From Candidatus Bathyarchaeota archaeon (GTDB lineage: Archaea > Thermoproteota > Bathyarchaeia > Bathyarchaeales > Bathycorpusculaceae): a DNA stretch of 64,000 nucleotides. Numbering within the stretch: the stretch's first letter is position 1; every line of letters begins with the position of its first letter. The DNA is taken from assembly GCA_963702095.1 (NCBI GenBank), contig OY969706.1, positions 2,816,001 to 2,880,000 of the forward strand. Reading direction: 5' to 3'. Below are positions 8,689 to 18,101 of this stretch, piece by piece. The notes beneath the pieces were generated by a model. The model saw only the letters and a program-made list of their open reading frames with translations. It was not told the DNA's origin and did no database searches. A program made the translations under genes and the position numbers.

Positions 8689-9228
8689 TTAGCTCACAAG
8701 CTTGTTTTGTTTGCCTTTTTTTTGAGTAAACAAGAACCCAGTTATTTGATCTACAAGTTTAGCTTGGTTCTTGTTGGCTTCTTCGAGTTTTTCTATTCTT
8801 TTTTCTATATCGCTTGAGAGGATTTTGCCTTCGATGCGGTTGGCACTACGGAACATAAGCATCATCCTAAAAACCTCGTCAACCGCCTTCTCCTGTTCCA
8901 TGAAGGAGGCAGGTTTAATCCCCACAACCACAGAGAGCAAGTCAACGTAGTGTTCTTTAATTTTGAGTTCAGCGCTCACCGAGGGGTCTTTGGGGAAAGC
9001 GATGTTTAGCGGAGTCTGCTTGGCGAGTTCAGCGGCGGTGGGAAAACGGATGATGATGTCGCCGCGTATCCAAGACGACACAAATTCAGTGGTGATTTTT
9101 CTGATGTCTTGCCGTGAGTAGAGGACTGAGGGTTCCGCTGGCACCTCAGGTTTACGTTTGATTCTGACGCTAATTATCTTTTTTTCATCCGAGTTGCCAT
9201 TTGGATTGGACATGTGCCTTCTATCCAC
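8689..9228 (-). CDS. Hypothetical protein with C-terminal coiled coil
   Basis: 179-aa ORF filling the gap between tRNA and HD gene; no motif recognised; start may be the ATG at 9213. Confidence 0.65.
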   Translation of the reverse strand: MDRRHMSNPNGNSDEKKIISVRIKRKPEVPAEPSVLYSRQDIRKITTEFVSSWIRGDIIIRFPTAAELAKQTPLNIAFPKDPSVSAELKIKEHYVDLLSVVVGIKPASFMEQEKAVDEVFRMMLMFRSANRIEGKILSSDIEKRIEKLEEANKNQAKLVDQITGFLFTQKKGKQNKLVS

Positions 9229-9291
9229 TCTTTCTTCTAACCGCTACTCTCCTAAGCAAGGACTAGTATATAAAAAACAGCTTGGAAGTTG

Positions 9292-10581
9292 CTAAAAAGA
9301 GATTTTCGCCGCCGAAGGAATCTTGCCTAAAACCTTAGCAGTTGCTTTCTCGACCTCGGCGCGGTTTACTTGATCAGTGTAGACCCGTAGGATGTTCATG
9401 AAGCCTCTGAGGGTTTCAAAGATCCTAGAGCTCTCGCTTAGTCGTTGCAGCTTCTTTTCTCCAGCGGGGCTACGGGTAAACACTGGGATTTCGGTGGATT
9501 CCATCAAAACCGCATGATGATAAGGCACGGATGGCACCGTGGGCACATCGATGATTACGTCGTCTAATTCGACGCCTGCTTCCTTGGCAATTTCACTTTG
9601 CACCTGCTTGCGGTAGGATTCTCTTCCGAACAGGTTGCTTATCATGGCGTCTTTCTCGTAGAACGTCCGCTCGTAGGCGCATTTGAGCATACGGCGGTTT
9701 TCAAGGTTGCCGATGATTTCGTTGGATGCCCTGCATTTTTTAAGCGCCGTCCAAACTGTGTAGTCATCGAGTGCAATGTATTCTTCGGGGGTTTTGAATG
9801 CAGTTAAGCCGAGTTCACTGTTGGCTTTATCCATGGCGGTTGCCAACATAATCTGGGCTGCCCGCCCGACGCGGTGGAAGTAGATGCTTTTGAAGGATTC
9901 GATTCGGGCTATGACGAAGGCTTCCAGGGCTGAGAGCGCGCCTAGTTCAACCGCCAAGTTCTCGCCCATAACGTCCAATGCATGGATGAGGCGGTATACG
10001 TCTATGAAGCCGTATTCTGCGCCTGTGTGATAGGTGTCGCGGACGATGAAGTCCTGTTTATCCACATCGACGGCGCTGCTTATTATCTGGTCGAGGAACG
10101 CGCGGTCCTTCTTGTGGAGTTTTCCAACGGCTAAGCCAGCGACTTCTTTGGGGTTGTAGCCCATTTTGCCGAGTTTGTCGGCGAGTTCACTTTTCTCGAC
10201 AATCCACTCTGTCATGTCTTCATGGGTTTTATCGAGGTCTTTGATTAGGAGATGTTCAAAGACGTGGCTGAAGGGGCCGTGTCCACAGTCATGCAACAGG
10301 GCGGATAGGCGGCACATGTCGATTTCTTCGTCACAGACCACTTTGGAAATGTTAGGGTTCACCAGCACCTGCCCCGCAAGGAACATGACGCCTAAACTGT
10401 GTTCGAAGCGCGTGTGGTTGGCGCCGGGATAAACGTACTCGGAACCCGCCAGTTGCCGTAATCTGCGTAGGCGCTGCATGGGGTAGGTGTCTATGATGGT
10501 TTTTTCTTGCTCAGTAATGTAGACGTATCCATGCACTGGATCTTTGATTTCTCCCCAGTAGGCTTTTGGCACAAGCGTCAA
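9292..10581 (-). CDS. HD-domain dNTP triphosphohydrolase-like protein (SAMHD1/YwfO type)
   Basis: DPVHG, QRLRRLRQL, HTRFEHSLG, LLHDCGHGPFSH, DVDKQDF. Confidence 0.9.
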   Translation of the reverse strand: MTLVPKAYWGEIKDPVHGYVYITEQEKTIIDTYPMQRLRRLRQLAGSEYVYPGANHTRFEHSLGVMFLAGQVLVNPNISKVVCDEEIDMCRLSALLHDCGHGPFSHVFEHLLIKDLDKTHEDMTEWIVEKSELADKLGKMGYNPKEVAGLAVGKLHKKDRAFLDQIISSAVDVDKQDFIVRDTYHTGAEYGFIDVYRLIHALDVMGENLAVELGALSALEAFVIARIESFKSIYFHRVGRAAQIMLATAMDKANSELGLTAFKTPEEYIALDDYTVWTALKKCRASNEIIGNLENRRMLKCAYERTFYEKDAMISNLFGRESYRKQVQSEIAKEAGVELDDVIIDVPTVPSVPYHHAVLMESTEIPVFTRSPAGEKKLQRLSESSRIFETLRGFMNILRVYTDQVNRAEVEKATAKVLGKIPSAAKISF

Positions 10582-10639
10582 CTCAGTTACAAATTATTAT
10601 CTATGTGTCTCCCTATAATGTGTAGCGCTGTGTGCACGT

Positions 10640-11257
10640 ATGGTTAAGAAGGGCATTTTCATAGTTATCGAAGGGTTGGATGGCAGCGGCAAAACCACCC
10701 AAACCACACTGCTAGCCGAGAAACTGTCGCAGACCTACAGAGTTCACCTTACCGCCGAGCCCAGCAGGGGCAAAATCGGCATGTTTATCCGCGAAGGCTG
10801 CCTCTACGAGCAAACCCGCCTCCCCACCGAAGCCGAAGCGCTACTGTTCGCAGCAGACCGCATCGAACACATGCAAACCGAACTCAAACCCGCCCTCGAC
10901 GAAGGCAAAATCGTCATCTGCGACCGCTACACCTACTCCACACTGGCGTATCAGGGCAGTGCAGGGTTGAGCTTGGACTGGATAAAAACTATCAACGCCC
11001 GGGCATTGCAACCTGACTTCGCAATATTCATCGATGTGCCGCCTGAAAAGGTGATTGAGCGTTTGCAACGCAAGAAATCGGTGATGGAGACGCTGGAGAT
11101 CCAGCAGAAGGTCCGAGAGGTTTACTTGAAGTTCGTCGAGAGAGGCGATTTGATCAAGATGGATGGGGACAGAGCCAAAGAAGTGGTGGCGGACGAATTG
11201 TACCAAAAAGTGGTGGAGTTGATTGGGCCCGTCAAAGACTACGTCTCGGCAGTTTGA
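10640..11257 (+). CDS. tmk: Thymidylate kinase
   Basis: EGLDGSGKTT, LLFAADR, CDRYTYSTLAYQG. Confidence 0.96.
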   Translation: MVKKGIFIVIEGLDGSGKTTQTTLLAEKLSQTYRVHLTAEPSRGKIGMFIREGCLYEQTRLPTEAEALLFAADRIEHMQTELKPALDEGKIVICDRYTYSTLAYQGSAGLSLDWIKTINARALQPDFAIFIDVPPEKVIERLQRKKSVMETLEIQQKVREVYLKFVERGDLIKMDGDRAKEVVADELYQKVVELIGPVKDYVSAV

Positions 11258-11333
11258 CTAAAAAATTGTCGGCGGCTCCTACACGCCTACGGGTGAGTGC
11301 ATGGGTTGGATGTTAACAATCAAATAGGCTGCG

Positions 11334-14300
11334 TTATTTTGTTTGGGGGAACTCGATGATGAATTCTGTGCCCTTTTTCTCTTGACTATCAAAGTTTATG
11401 GTGCCGCCAAGCCCCTCAACCAACCGCTTCACAACCGCCAACCCCAAGCCTTGGCCTTTGGATTTGGTGGTGAAGAGCGGCGTGAACATTCTTGTCTGCA
11501 CATCTGCTGGGATGCCGACGCCTGTATCTGCAACAGCGATGATTGTGTTATCTTTTTTCTTGGTTGCTGTCAAAGTGAGTTTACCCTCTTCTTGCATCGC
11601 TTGAACCGCGTTAGTTATCAGGTTAGTGAGAATTCTCCGCATGTAGGCGACATCAGTATTTATCGGCTTAGCTCTTTCATCGATTTTAGTAGAGACTTCT
11701 ATGTCTTTTGGGATACTGATTGTTAACAGTGTGCCTTCGATGAGTTCAGCGAGGTCTGCGTCTTGCAGGTTAGGCTTTAATGGTCGCGTGTAGTCTTGGA
11801 GGTCGCTTACGATTTTGTTGATGTATGTAAGGTTCTGGTTGACTGAATCGACGCTCTCCAAGATAGCCTGTTTGTTTTCGTCGTCCTGCATGGCTTTGGT
11901 TTCTTCAGCGATGATGTAAATGTCGCTTGTGATCGCCTGCAGGGGATTGCGGATGTCATGGCCCACCATGCCTGCGGTCTGCCCGATTGCAGCTAACCGC
12001 TCAGAATTCTTAAGTTCCTGTGCCCTTTGCTCGGCAAGCTCCTCCATTTGGCTAGCGTATTCCTCAAGAACAACAGCGTTTTCCTCTAGTTTCTTTTGGG
12101 CTATGGCTCGTGCTTCCTCTGTCTGTTTTAACTCGTCGATGTCTGTGGAGTAGATGCGTATGTTTTGTGTGTACGGCACCAAGTAGAGTTGTTGGTGGTA
12201 CCAGTGTCCGTTAACTTGGACCTCTCGACCAAACGTATTTGTGTTTAGGTCGCTGAATCTCTTTGCAGCTTCTTTCCAATCAATGAAGAACGGATGGTCT
12301 AAGCCTAATTTCGCTAAATCGGGAAATATCCTGGCGGTTGCAGGGTTAATGAATGTTAATTTCCCGTCGCCAGTGACTTCTATGACTGGGCTAGGGTTAA
12401 GTGTTGGGAAAGACGCTAAGCGGGCAATTTCTTTTTCAGCGCGTTCTTTTTCTTTGCGTAGTCGAAGCATTGTTATTCCCTGCGAAAAATCGCTCGCCAA
12501 CTCAGTGAGCAGTTTTATTTCGTCTTCTGAACGAGCATAGGACTCTTTCGAATACAGCGTTAATGCGCCGAAAACTTTGCTTTCCGACTTAAGAGGCAAA
12601 GCAATGGACGACTCAAAGCCTCTTTTGAGTGCCTCTTCCCGCCATGGCGTAAACACTGGGTCTTCATGCATATCTGCACAGAATTGGGGTTTACCTGTGC
12701 GGATTGCTCTACCGGTTGGTCCTCGCCCGCGTTCCGTGTCCGCCCACGTTATCCTCAACGTGTTTAAGTAGCCTTCATCTAAGCCGGCATACGCTACTGG
12801 GCGAACCGTTTTGGCTGCGTCGTCTTCAGCTAATCCTACCCACACCATTTTGTAACCGCAGTTTTCAACGATTATTCTACAGGCATCTTGCAAAAACGAT
12901 TTTTCATCAGTGGCTCGTATGAGTGCTTGGTTGCTGTCGCTTATGGCTCTTAGGGTGCGGTTGAGTTTTTTAAGCTGTTCCTCGCCTTTTTTGCGTTCAG
13001 TCAAATCCACGTTGGATTCCAATATGCTTTTAATTTCGCCGCCTTCTGTCTGCTCGGCAAGCCACCAGCTCTGCACAACCACTTCTTTGCCCTGTTTTGT
13101 TTTGTGACTAAGTTCTCCTGTCCAGCGCTGTTTTTCATTCAGCTCTGTGATAATGTCGTGAAAGGGTTGAGGATATTTTGTTTCAAATAGTTCATAGGTC
13201 GTTTTTCCTATGGCTTCTTTTTTTGTCCAGCCATAGAGTTTCTCTGCGCCCCTGCTCCAGAAGGTTATGGTGCCATCCATCTTACGCACTATTACGGCAT
13301 CTGGGCTTAAATCGATTAAATCGGCTTGGCGGCGGATAGCTTCTTCGGTTTTCTTGCGCTCTGTTATATCACGGAAAACAAGCACGACTCCACAGATTTC
13401 GCCGTCTCTAACTATGGGTGCTCCACTGTCGTCGATGGGAATTTCTGTCCCGTCTTTGCATATTAGAAGCGTATGGTTAGCTAAACCGACAATAAGTCCC
13501 TCTTCTAGGACTCTGTCAACTGGGCTTTCGACTGGTTTTCGGTTTAACTCATTGATGATTTGGAATACTTGTTTAACCGGTTTGTGCTTGGCTTCTTCAA
13601 GGGTCCAGCCGGTTAATGCTTCAGACACAGGGTTCATGAAGGTGATTTTGCCCTCAGTATCAGTTGCTATGACAGCGTCGCCGATACTGGACAGGGTGGT
13701 TGACCACCATAGTTCGCTTTCTTTTAGGGCTTCTTCGGCTTTCTTTCGCTCGGTGACATCTTGCACCATCCCCACTGAAAGATAAATTTTTCCAGCGTCA
13801 TCTCGAATGTGCGTACATTTTTCGTGAACAAACCGGGTTTCACCGTTGTCTTTTCTTACGACTCTATGCTCAATTTCATAGCCCCCTTTTCCTTCACGCA
13901 CAGAACCAGAATATGCGTCGTCGACGGATGTGCGGTCGTCAGGGTGGATAGCAGCCAAGAAGGCTTCGTAAGTGGCGTCGAACTCTTGGGGTTTTAACCC
14001 AAAGATTCGGTAGACCTCATCTGACCATGACAGCTTGTTTTCTTTTAGGTCAAGTTCCCAGCTACCAAGATGAGCGATTTCTTGGCTTCGATTAAGCATT
14101 TCTTCGTTTTTTAGCAGTAGCTGTTCAGTTTGCTTGCGTTCAGTGATGTCTTCGAAAACAGAGACAAAATAGCCCTTGCTCGGACTATAAGCGGAGATGT
14201 GGAACCACTTGTTACGTACCTCGGCGAACCGTTCAGTTGTTATGGGTTCACCTGTTAAAGCAACCTTGCCGTAGACGTTAATCCAATCAGCAGGGTCTCT

Positions 14301-14525
14301 TTGGAGGTTTGGAAGAACTTCTGTGGCTCTTTTTCCGACCACAGATTCTTTTTTGACCCCGTTTATTCTCTCGTAGGCTTCGTTGACGTCGAGGTAAACC
14401 CAGTCAACTGGTTTTCCAGCTTGGTCAGTAATTAATTGGCAGTAGGCTATGCCCTCAGAGATTTTTGAGGAGAACAAATCCATCTGGGGTGGGTCAGGTC
14501 TTGTTTGGGGCGCTATTTCAGTCAA
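11334..14525 (-). CDS. Cytoplasmic multi-PAS/GAF sensor histidine kinase
   Basis: Four PAS/PAC units, GAF (GRGPTGRAIRTG), HisKA (GHDIRNPL), HATPase (NLITNA, DTGVG, GLGL). Confidence 0.95.
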   Translation of the reverse strand: MTEIAPQTRPDPPQMDLFSSKISEGIAYCQLITDQAGKPVDWVYLDVNEAYERINGVKKESVVGKRATEVLPNLQRDPADWINVYGKVALTGEPITTERFAEVRNKWFHISAYSPSKGYFVSVFEDITERKQTEQLLLKNEEMLNRSQEIAHLGSWELDLKENKLSWSDEVYRIFGLKPQEFDATYEAFLAAIHPDDRTSVDDAYSGSVREGKGGYEIEHRVVRKDNGETRFVHEKCTHIRDDAGKIYLSVGMVQDVTERKKAEEALKESELWWSTTLSSIGDAVIATDTEGKITFMNPVSEALTGWTLEEAKHKPVKQVFQIINELNRKPVESPVDRVLEEGLIVGLANHTLLICKDGTEIPIDDSGAPIVRDGEICGVVLVFRDITERKKTEEAIRRQADLIDLSPDAVIVRKMDGTITFWSRGAEKLYGWTKKEAIGKTTYELFETKYPQPFHDIITELNEKQRWTGELSHKTKQGKEVVVQSWWLAEQTEGGEIKSILESNVDLTERKKGEEQLKKLNRTLRAISDSNQALIRATDEKSFLQDACRIIVENCGYKMVWVGLAEDDAAKTVRPVAYAGLDEGYLNTLRITWADTERGRGPTGRAIRTGKPQFCADMHEDPVFTPWREEALKRGFESSIALPLKSESKVFGALTLYSKESYARSEDEIKLLTELASDFSQGITMLRLRKEKERAEKEIARLASFPTLNPSPVIEVTGDGKLTFINPATARIFPDLAKLGLDHPFFIDWKEAAKRFSDLNTNTFGREVQVNGHWYHQQLYLVPYTQNIRIYSTDIDELKQTEEARAIAQKKLEENAVVLEEYASQMEELAEQRAQELKNSERLAAIGQTAGMVGHDIRNPLQAITSDIYIIAEETKAMQDDENKQAILESVDSVNQNLTYINKIVSDLQDYTRPLKPNLQDADLAELIEGTLLTISIPKDIEVSTKIDERAKPINTDVAYMRRILTNLITNAVQAMQEEGKLTLTATKKKDNTIIAVADTGVGIPADVQTRMFTPLFTTKSKGQGLGLAVVKRLVEGLGGTINFDSQEKKGTEFIIEFPQTK

Positions 14526-14702
14526 CCAGCCTTATGACGTTATTTTCTATAAAGCTCAGTAGGGATTTATTATGTTTTTTGACACATACTTGGTTTCTAT
14601 TCGGGCAAATCAGTGCAATAATTAGCATAAAAGGATGGCAGAGATTGGAAAATTCTTAAATCCCCAAACTGCATCACAGACAAGTTAAAGGTGTAAATTA
14701 AA

Positions 14703-15638
14703 TTGGCACAACAACCACTAACATTCAAAACAGTTTTTGTTTTCCTAGACACAGACAAGTATTGCAGCCCATTCGACATGCTCGTAGCCATAGACGCATT
14801 CCCCGACTCCATGATATTCAAGTTCGAGAACGTTACGGGCGAAGACGCTCCCAAAATCGTGTTTGATCTTCTTTTCCCGCGAGGTCCAGAAGGCGCAAAG
14901 CACACAAAGATCTTCATCAACGGTAGCAACTTTGAAGAAGTAGAGAAAGTCGTCGCAGCCACCCAGAAAGCCATGAAGTCCGCGCCATGGGGAAACAGCA
15001 TCATCGTTGACCCAAGAGGCGGATACAGCACCGCAGCCGCAGCCGTCGCCAAAACCTTCGGCGCATCCAAGGAAAAAGGACTCGGCGAACTAAAGGGCAA
15101 AAAAGTCACGGTTTTAGCAGGCACAGGTCCAGTCGGGCAAACCGCCGCTCGCATATACGCATCAGAGGAAGCCGACGTAACAATCACCAGCCGCTCACTC
15201 GCTAAAGGGCAACTTGTCGCAGACAAAATCAACGCTGAATGCGGCGCCGTACGCGTTAAAGTCGTTGAAGTCAGCAAGCCAGAGCAGACAGCTACAGCGG
15301 TTAAAGATGCAGAAATCATTCTCTCCGCAGGCGCAGGAGGCATCCAGCTTCTATCCGCAGCAGACCTTGCAGCTGCACCTAACTGCAAAATCGTCGCAGA
15401 CATCAACGCCATCAAACCACTCGGCGTGGAGGGCTTAGGACCCAACGATGATAAAGAAATGAAGCCGGGCGTTTGGGGCATCGGCGCATTAGCCATTGGC
15501 AAACTGAAGATAAAAACTGAAACCGAAATGATTAAGCGTGCCACCGCTGAGCCATCGGGACTCTTTGACTATTCAATCGCCTATACCATCGCTAAAGAAG
15601 CTATCCTCAAGAAACTGGCAAAAGCAGCTGCCAAGTAA
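14703..15638 (+). CDS. NAD(P)-dependent methylene-H4MPT/H4F dehydrogenase, MtdA/MtdB/MtdC-like
   Basis: N-terminal LDTDKYCSPFD...FPRGP..KHTKIFING, DPRGGYSTAAAAV, Rossmann AGTGPVG, DINAIKPLGVEG, GALAIGKLK. Confidence 0.85.
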   Translation: MAQQPLTFKTVFVFLDTDKYCSPFDMLVAIDAFPDSMIFKFENVTGEDAPKIVFDLLFPRGPEGAKHTKIFINGSNFEEVEKVVAATQKAMKSAPWGNSIIVDPRGGYSTAAAAVAKTFGASKEKGLGELKGKKVTVLAGTGPVGQTAARIYASEEADVTITSRSLAKGQLVADKINAECGAVRVKVVEVSKPEQTATAVKDAEIILSAGAGGIQLLSAADLAAAPNCKIVADINAIKPLGVEGLGPNDDKEMKPGVWGIGALAIGKLKIKTETEMIKRATAEPSGLFDYSIAYTIAKEAILKKLAKAAAK

Positions 15639-15648
15639 GCAGCTCCAA

Positions 15649-15666
15649 CTTTTTCTTTTTACTTTT
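15649..15666 (+). terminator. Probable oligo-T terminator
   Basis: T-rich tract starting 11 nt after the mtd-like stop codon. Confidence 0.5.
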
Positions 15667-15760
15667 AGGCTAGTTCTGTTTTAACAGAAAAATATCGGTT
15701 GGCTTCTTTGCAGAGCACCCAAGAAACTTAAATATGTTGACAGCTTAAAAAGAGCCCAAG

Positions 15761-16822
15761 ATGGCTACTCTCCCTGAAACCTTCAAGCAACTATTCAACA
15801 CAAGCCTATCAAACGGCGAAATCATAACTTCCATAATCATATTCATCATCGTTGCCTGCGTCGGGTGGGGTGCCTACTTGATTTTCAACAGGTACTTTTG
15901 CAAGTGGGCAAAGAAAACCACAACAAATCTTGACGACCAAATCATCGCCGCTGTAAAACTCATCATAATAATAATGATAGTTGTCTTCGGCATCGAAGGC
16001 GCCCTACAGCCACTATCAATTCTGCAGCCCTACCACGAAACACTCATCCAAGTCTTCGCAGTAATAGAAATCCTCTTAGGAGCATTCGCAGTCACCCGCG
16101 TAGCGAACATATTCGCAGACTGGTACACCTCTAAAAAAAATCTGGAAACCAAAAACAGCCCTCACTTGCTTTTCCTTTTAAAGAAAATCATACAGATCGT
16201 CGTTTTTGTAGTAGCGCTTCTTATAATTCTCTACGTCCTTGATGTAAACCTCACCGGCGCGGTAGTCGGGTTGGGAGTTGGAGGCATCGCCATAGCCTTC
16301 GCCCTACAAAGCACGCTCGGCGATTTCTTCAGTGCCTTCTCCATCTACTTTGACCGTCCCTTCGAAATCGGAGACTTCATAATCGTCGGCGACCAAGCAG
16401 GTACAGTCAAAGCCATTGGCATCCGCTCCACAAGGTTGCAGCTTCTGCAAGGTGAAGAACTAGTCTTGCCCAACCAACAATTAACCAGCTCCAACGTAAG
16501 GAACTTTAGAAAACTAAAAAGACGCCGCATAGTACTTAACATCGGAGTAACCTACGAGACATCCTCTGAGAAACTCCAAAAAATCCCAAGCATAATAACC
16601 GATATAATCAATAAGATGGAGATAGCGACTCTTGAACGCGTGCACTTCACGGAATTCGCCGATTTCAGTTTGAAATTCTTGATTATTTACTACGTTGAGT
16701 CAGCCGACTGGGGCGAATACCTCAAAGTACAAGAGAAAATCAACTACGCCATAAAAGAGGAGTTTGAGAAGGAAGGCATCGAGATGGCGTATCCAACAAG
16801 CACCGTTTTCGTCAAAAAGTAG
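15761..16822 (+). CDS. mscS: Small-conductance mechanosensitive channel
   Basis: GLGVGGIAIAFALQ, DRPFEIGDFI, GIRSTRL, GIEMAYPT. Confidence 0.93.
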   Translation: MATLPETFKQLFNTSLSNGEIITSIIIFIIVACVGWGAYLIFNRYFCKWAKKTTTNLDDQIIAAVKLIIIIMIVVFGIEGALQPLSILQPYHETLIQVFAVIEILLGAFAVTRVANIFADWYTSKKNLETKNSPHLLFLLKKIIQIVVFVVALLIILYVLDVNLTGAVVGLGVGGIAIAFALQSTLGDFFSAFSIYFDRPFEIGDFIIVGDQAGTVKAIGIRSTRLQLLQGEELVLPNQQLTSSNVRNFRKLKRRRIVLNIGVTYETSSEKLQKIPSIITDIINKMEIATLERVHFTEFADFSLKFLIIYYVESADWGEYLKVQEKINYAIKEEFEKEGIEMAYPTSTVFVKK

Positions 16823-16977
16823 TTGCCCCTTTGCCCATTCTGTGTTGTGCGTAACAGGGCTTTTTTAAAATGGGCTGCGAATTACATCTGTTTTTCGTCG
16901 CACAAGTAAGTAATACTTAAATTTAAATAACCGTTTCAGCCTAAAAAGAACTTTCCACAGAGGGGAGGGAAAAGTTA

Positions 16978-18063
16978 GTGGATTTATTAAGCATAGATTT
17001 CCTCGTAAACATCGCAATAATCGCGGTTGCCATCGTTTTCTTAAACCTGACTAGCGATGTAGTAATTAAATACGCTACCAAAATCGCTGCTATATCCAAG
17101 TTGGGCAAAACCTCTGTCGGCTTCACCTTGATTTCGCTATCCACTACGCTGCCAGAGTTGACTGTGGCGTTGTCTGCAGCCATATCTGGCGGTGCAGCCT
17201 TATCCATCGGAAACGCCATAGGCTCCAACATCTTCAACATATCCGCCATACTGGGCATAGGTGCAGTACTCTTGGGCGCAAATATTTTCGTGCAATGCAA
17301 AAGAAAGAAAACAATTTCAGTCAGCAACAACAATATCCTCCCTAACTTTGTCGAGTCAGAGCTAAGCAACATTCAGTTCGGCTTGTTCGTAGCTTCGATG
17401 GTGCCGCTGATTTTGCTCTACATTCCGCAGGATTGGGCATGGCTTGTAGGGCTAATTCTGCTCACGGTGTTCGGCATCTACATTTACAGGCTGACTAGAG
17501 TGCGGATAACCACCGACGAAGCCGACGTAGAAACAGAACCAGGAGACAAAGGCAAACTCAAACGGTTCATAGTCTTCACGATTCTAGGTGCTTTAGGTGT
17601 AGTTGTGAGCGCCAACTTTATGGTTGAGTCAGCCATCGTCATAGCTACATCCGCAGGTGTCTCTCAGGAGATCATTGGAGCCACTGTAGTTGCGTTGGGC
17701 ACCAGCCTTCCCGAGTTAAGCATAGGCATCAAATCCATACTCAGAGGACACGCCAACTTGGCGATAGGCAACATTATCGGCTCAGCCTTCTTCAACACAA
17801 CCCTCATCTTAGGTGTAACGATGTTTGTGCCCACATTGTTGGGTAATGCCGTCAATCTGGAAATGTCGGTTTACCTTAACCTGATACTGTTCTCGATAAT
17901 CATCAACACATTCTTCTGGTACTTCCTGTCCAGAAGGAAAATCGCTTGGAAAGAAGGCGTAGTGCTGCTAACAATTTATGTGCTGTTCATTATTACTACG
18001 ATTGGCGCAGGTGCATTCTCTTTTGGACCTGCCGCTGCTTTTTCCGCGATAGGTCTCTGTTAA
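16978..18063 (+). CDS. Sodium:calcium antiporter (CaCA family)
   Basis: Two alpha repeats STTLPEL..GNAIGSN and GTSLPEL..GNIIGS. Confidence 0.9.
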   Translation: MDLLSIDFLVNIAIIAVAIVFLNLTSDVVIKYATKIAAISKLGKTSVGFTLISLSTTLPELTVALSAAISGGAALSIGNAIGSNIFNISAILGIGAVLLGANIFVQCKRKKTISVSNNNILPNFVESELSNIQFGLFVASMVPLILLYIPQDWAWLVGLILLTVFGIYIYRLTRVRITTDEADVETEPGDKGKLKRFIVFTILGALGVVVSANFMVESAIVIATSAGVSQEIIGATVVALGTSLPELSIGIKSILRGHANLAIGNIIGSAFFNTTLILGVTMFVPTLLGNAVNLEMSVYLNLILFSIIINTFFWYFLSRRKIAWKEGVVLLTIYVLFIITTIGAGAFSFGPAAAFSAIGLC

Positions 18064-18101
18064 AGACTTGCTTAGTTGCGTAAAATAGCTGGGAAAAAAA
18101 A

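Noticed and set aside
14597-15544. 315-aa minus-strand ORF
   Set aside because: Antisense shadow of the mtd-like gene; the same applies to the many other shadow ORFs over mcm, ths, ppsA and rtcB
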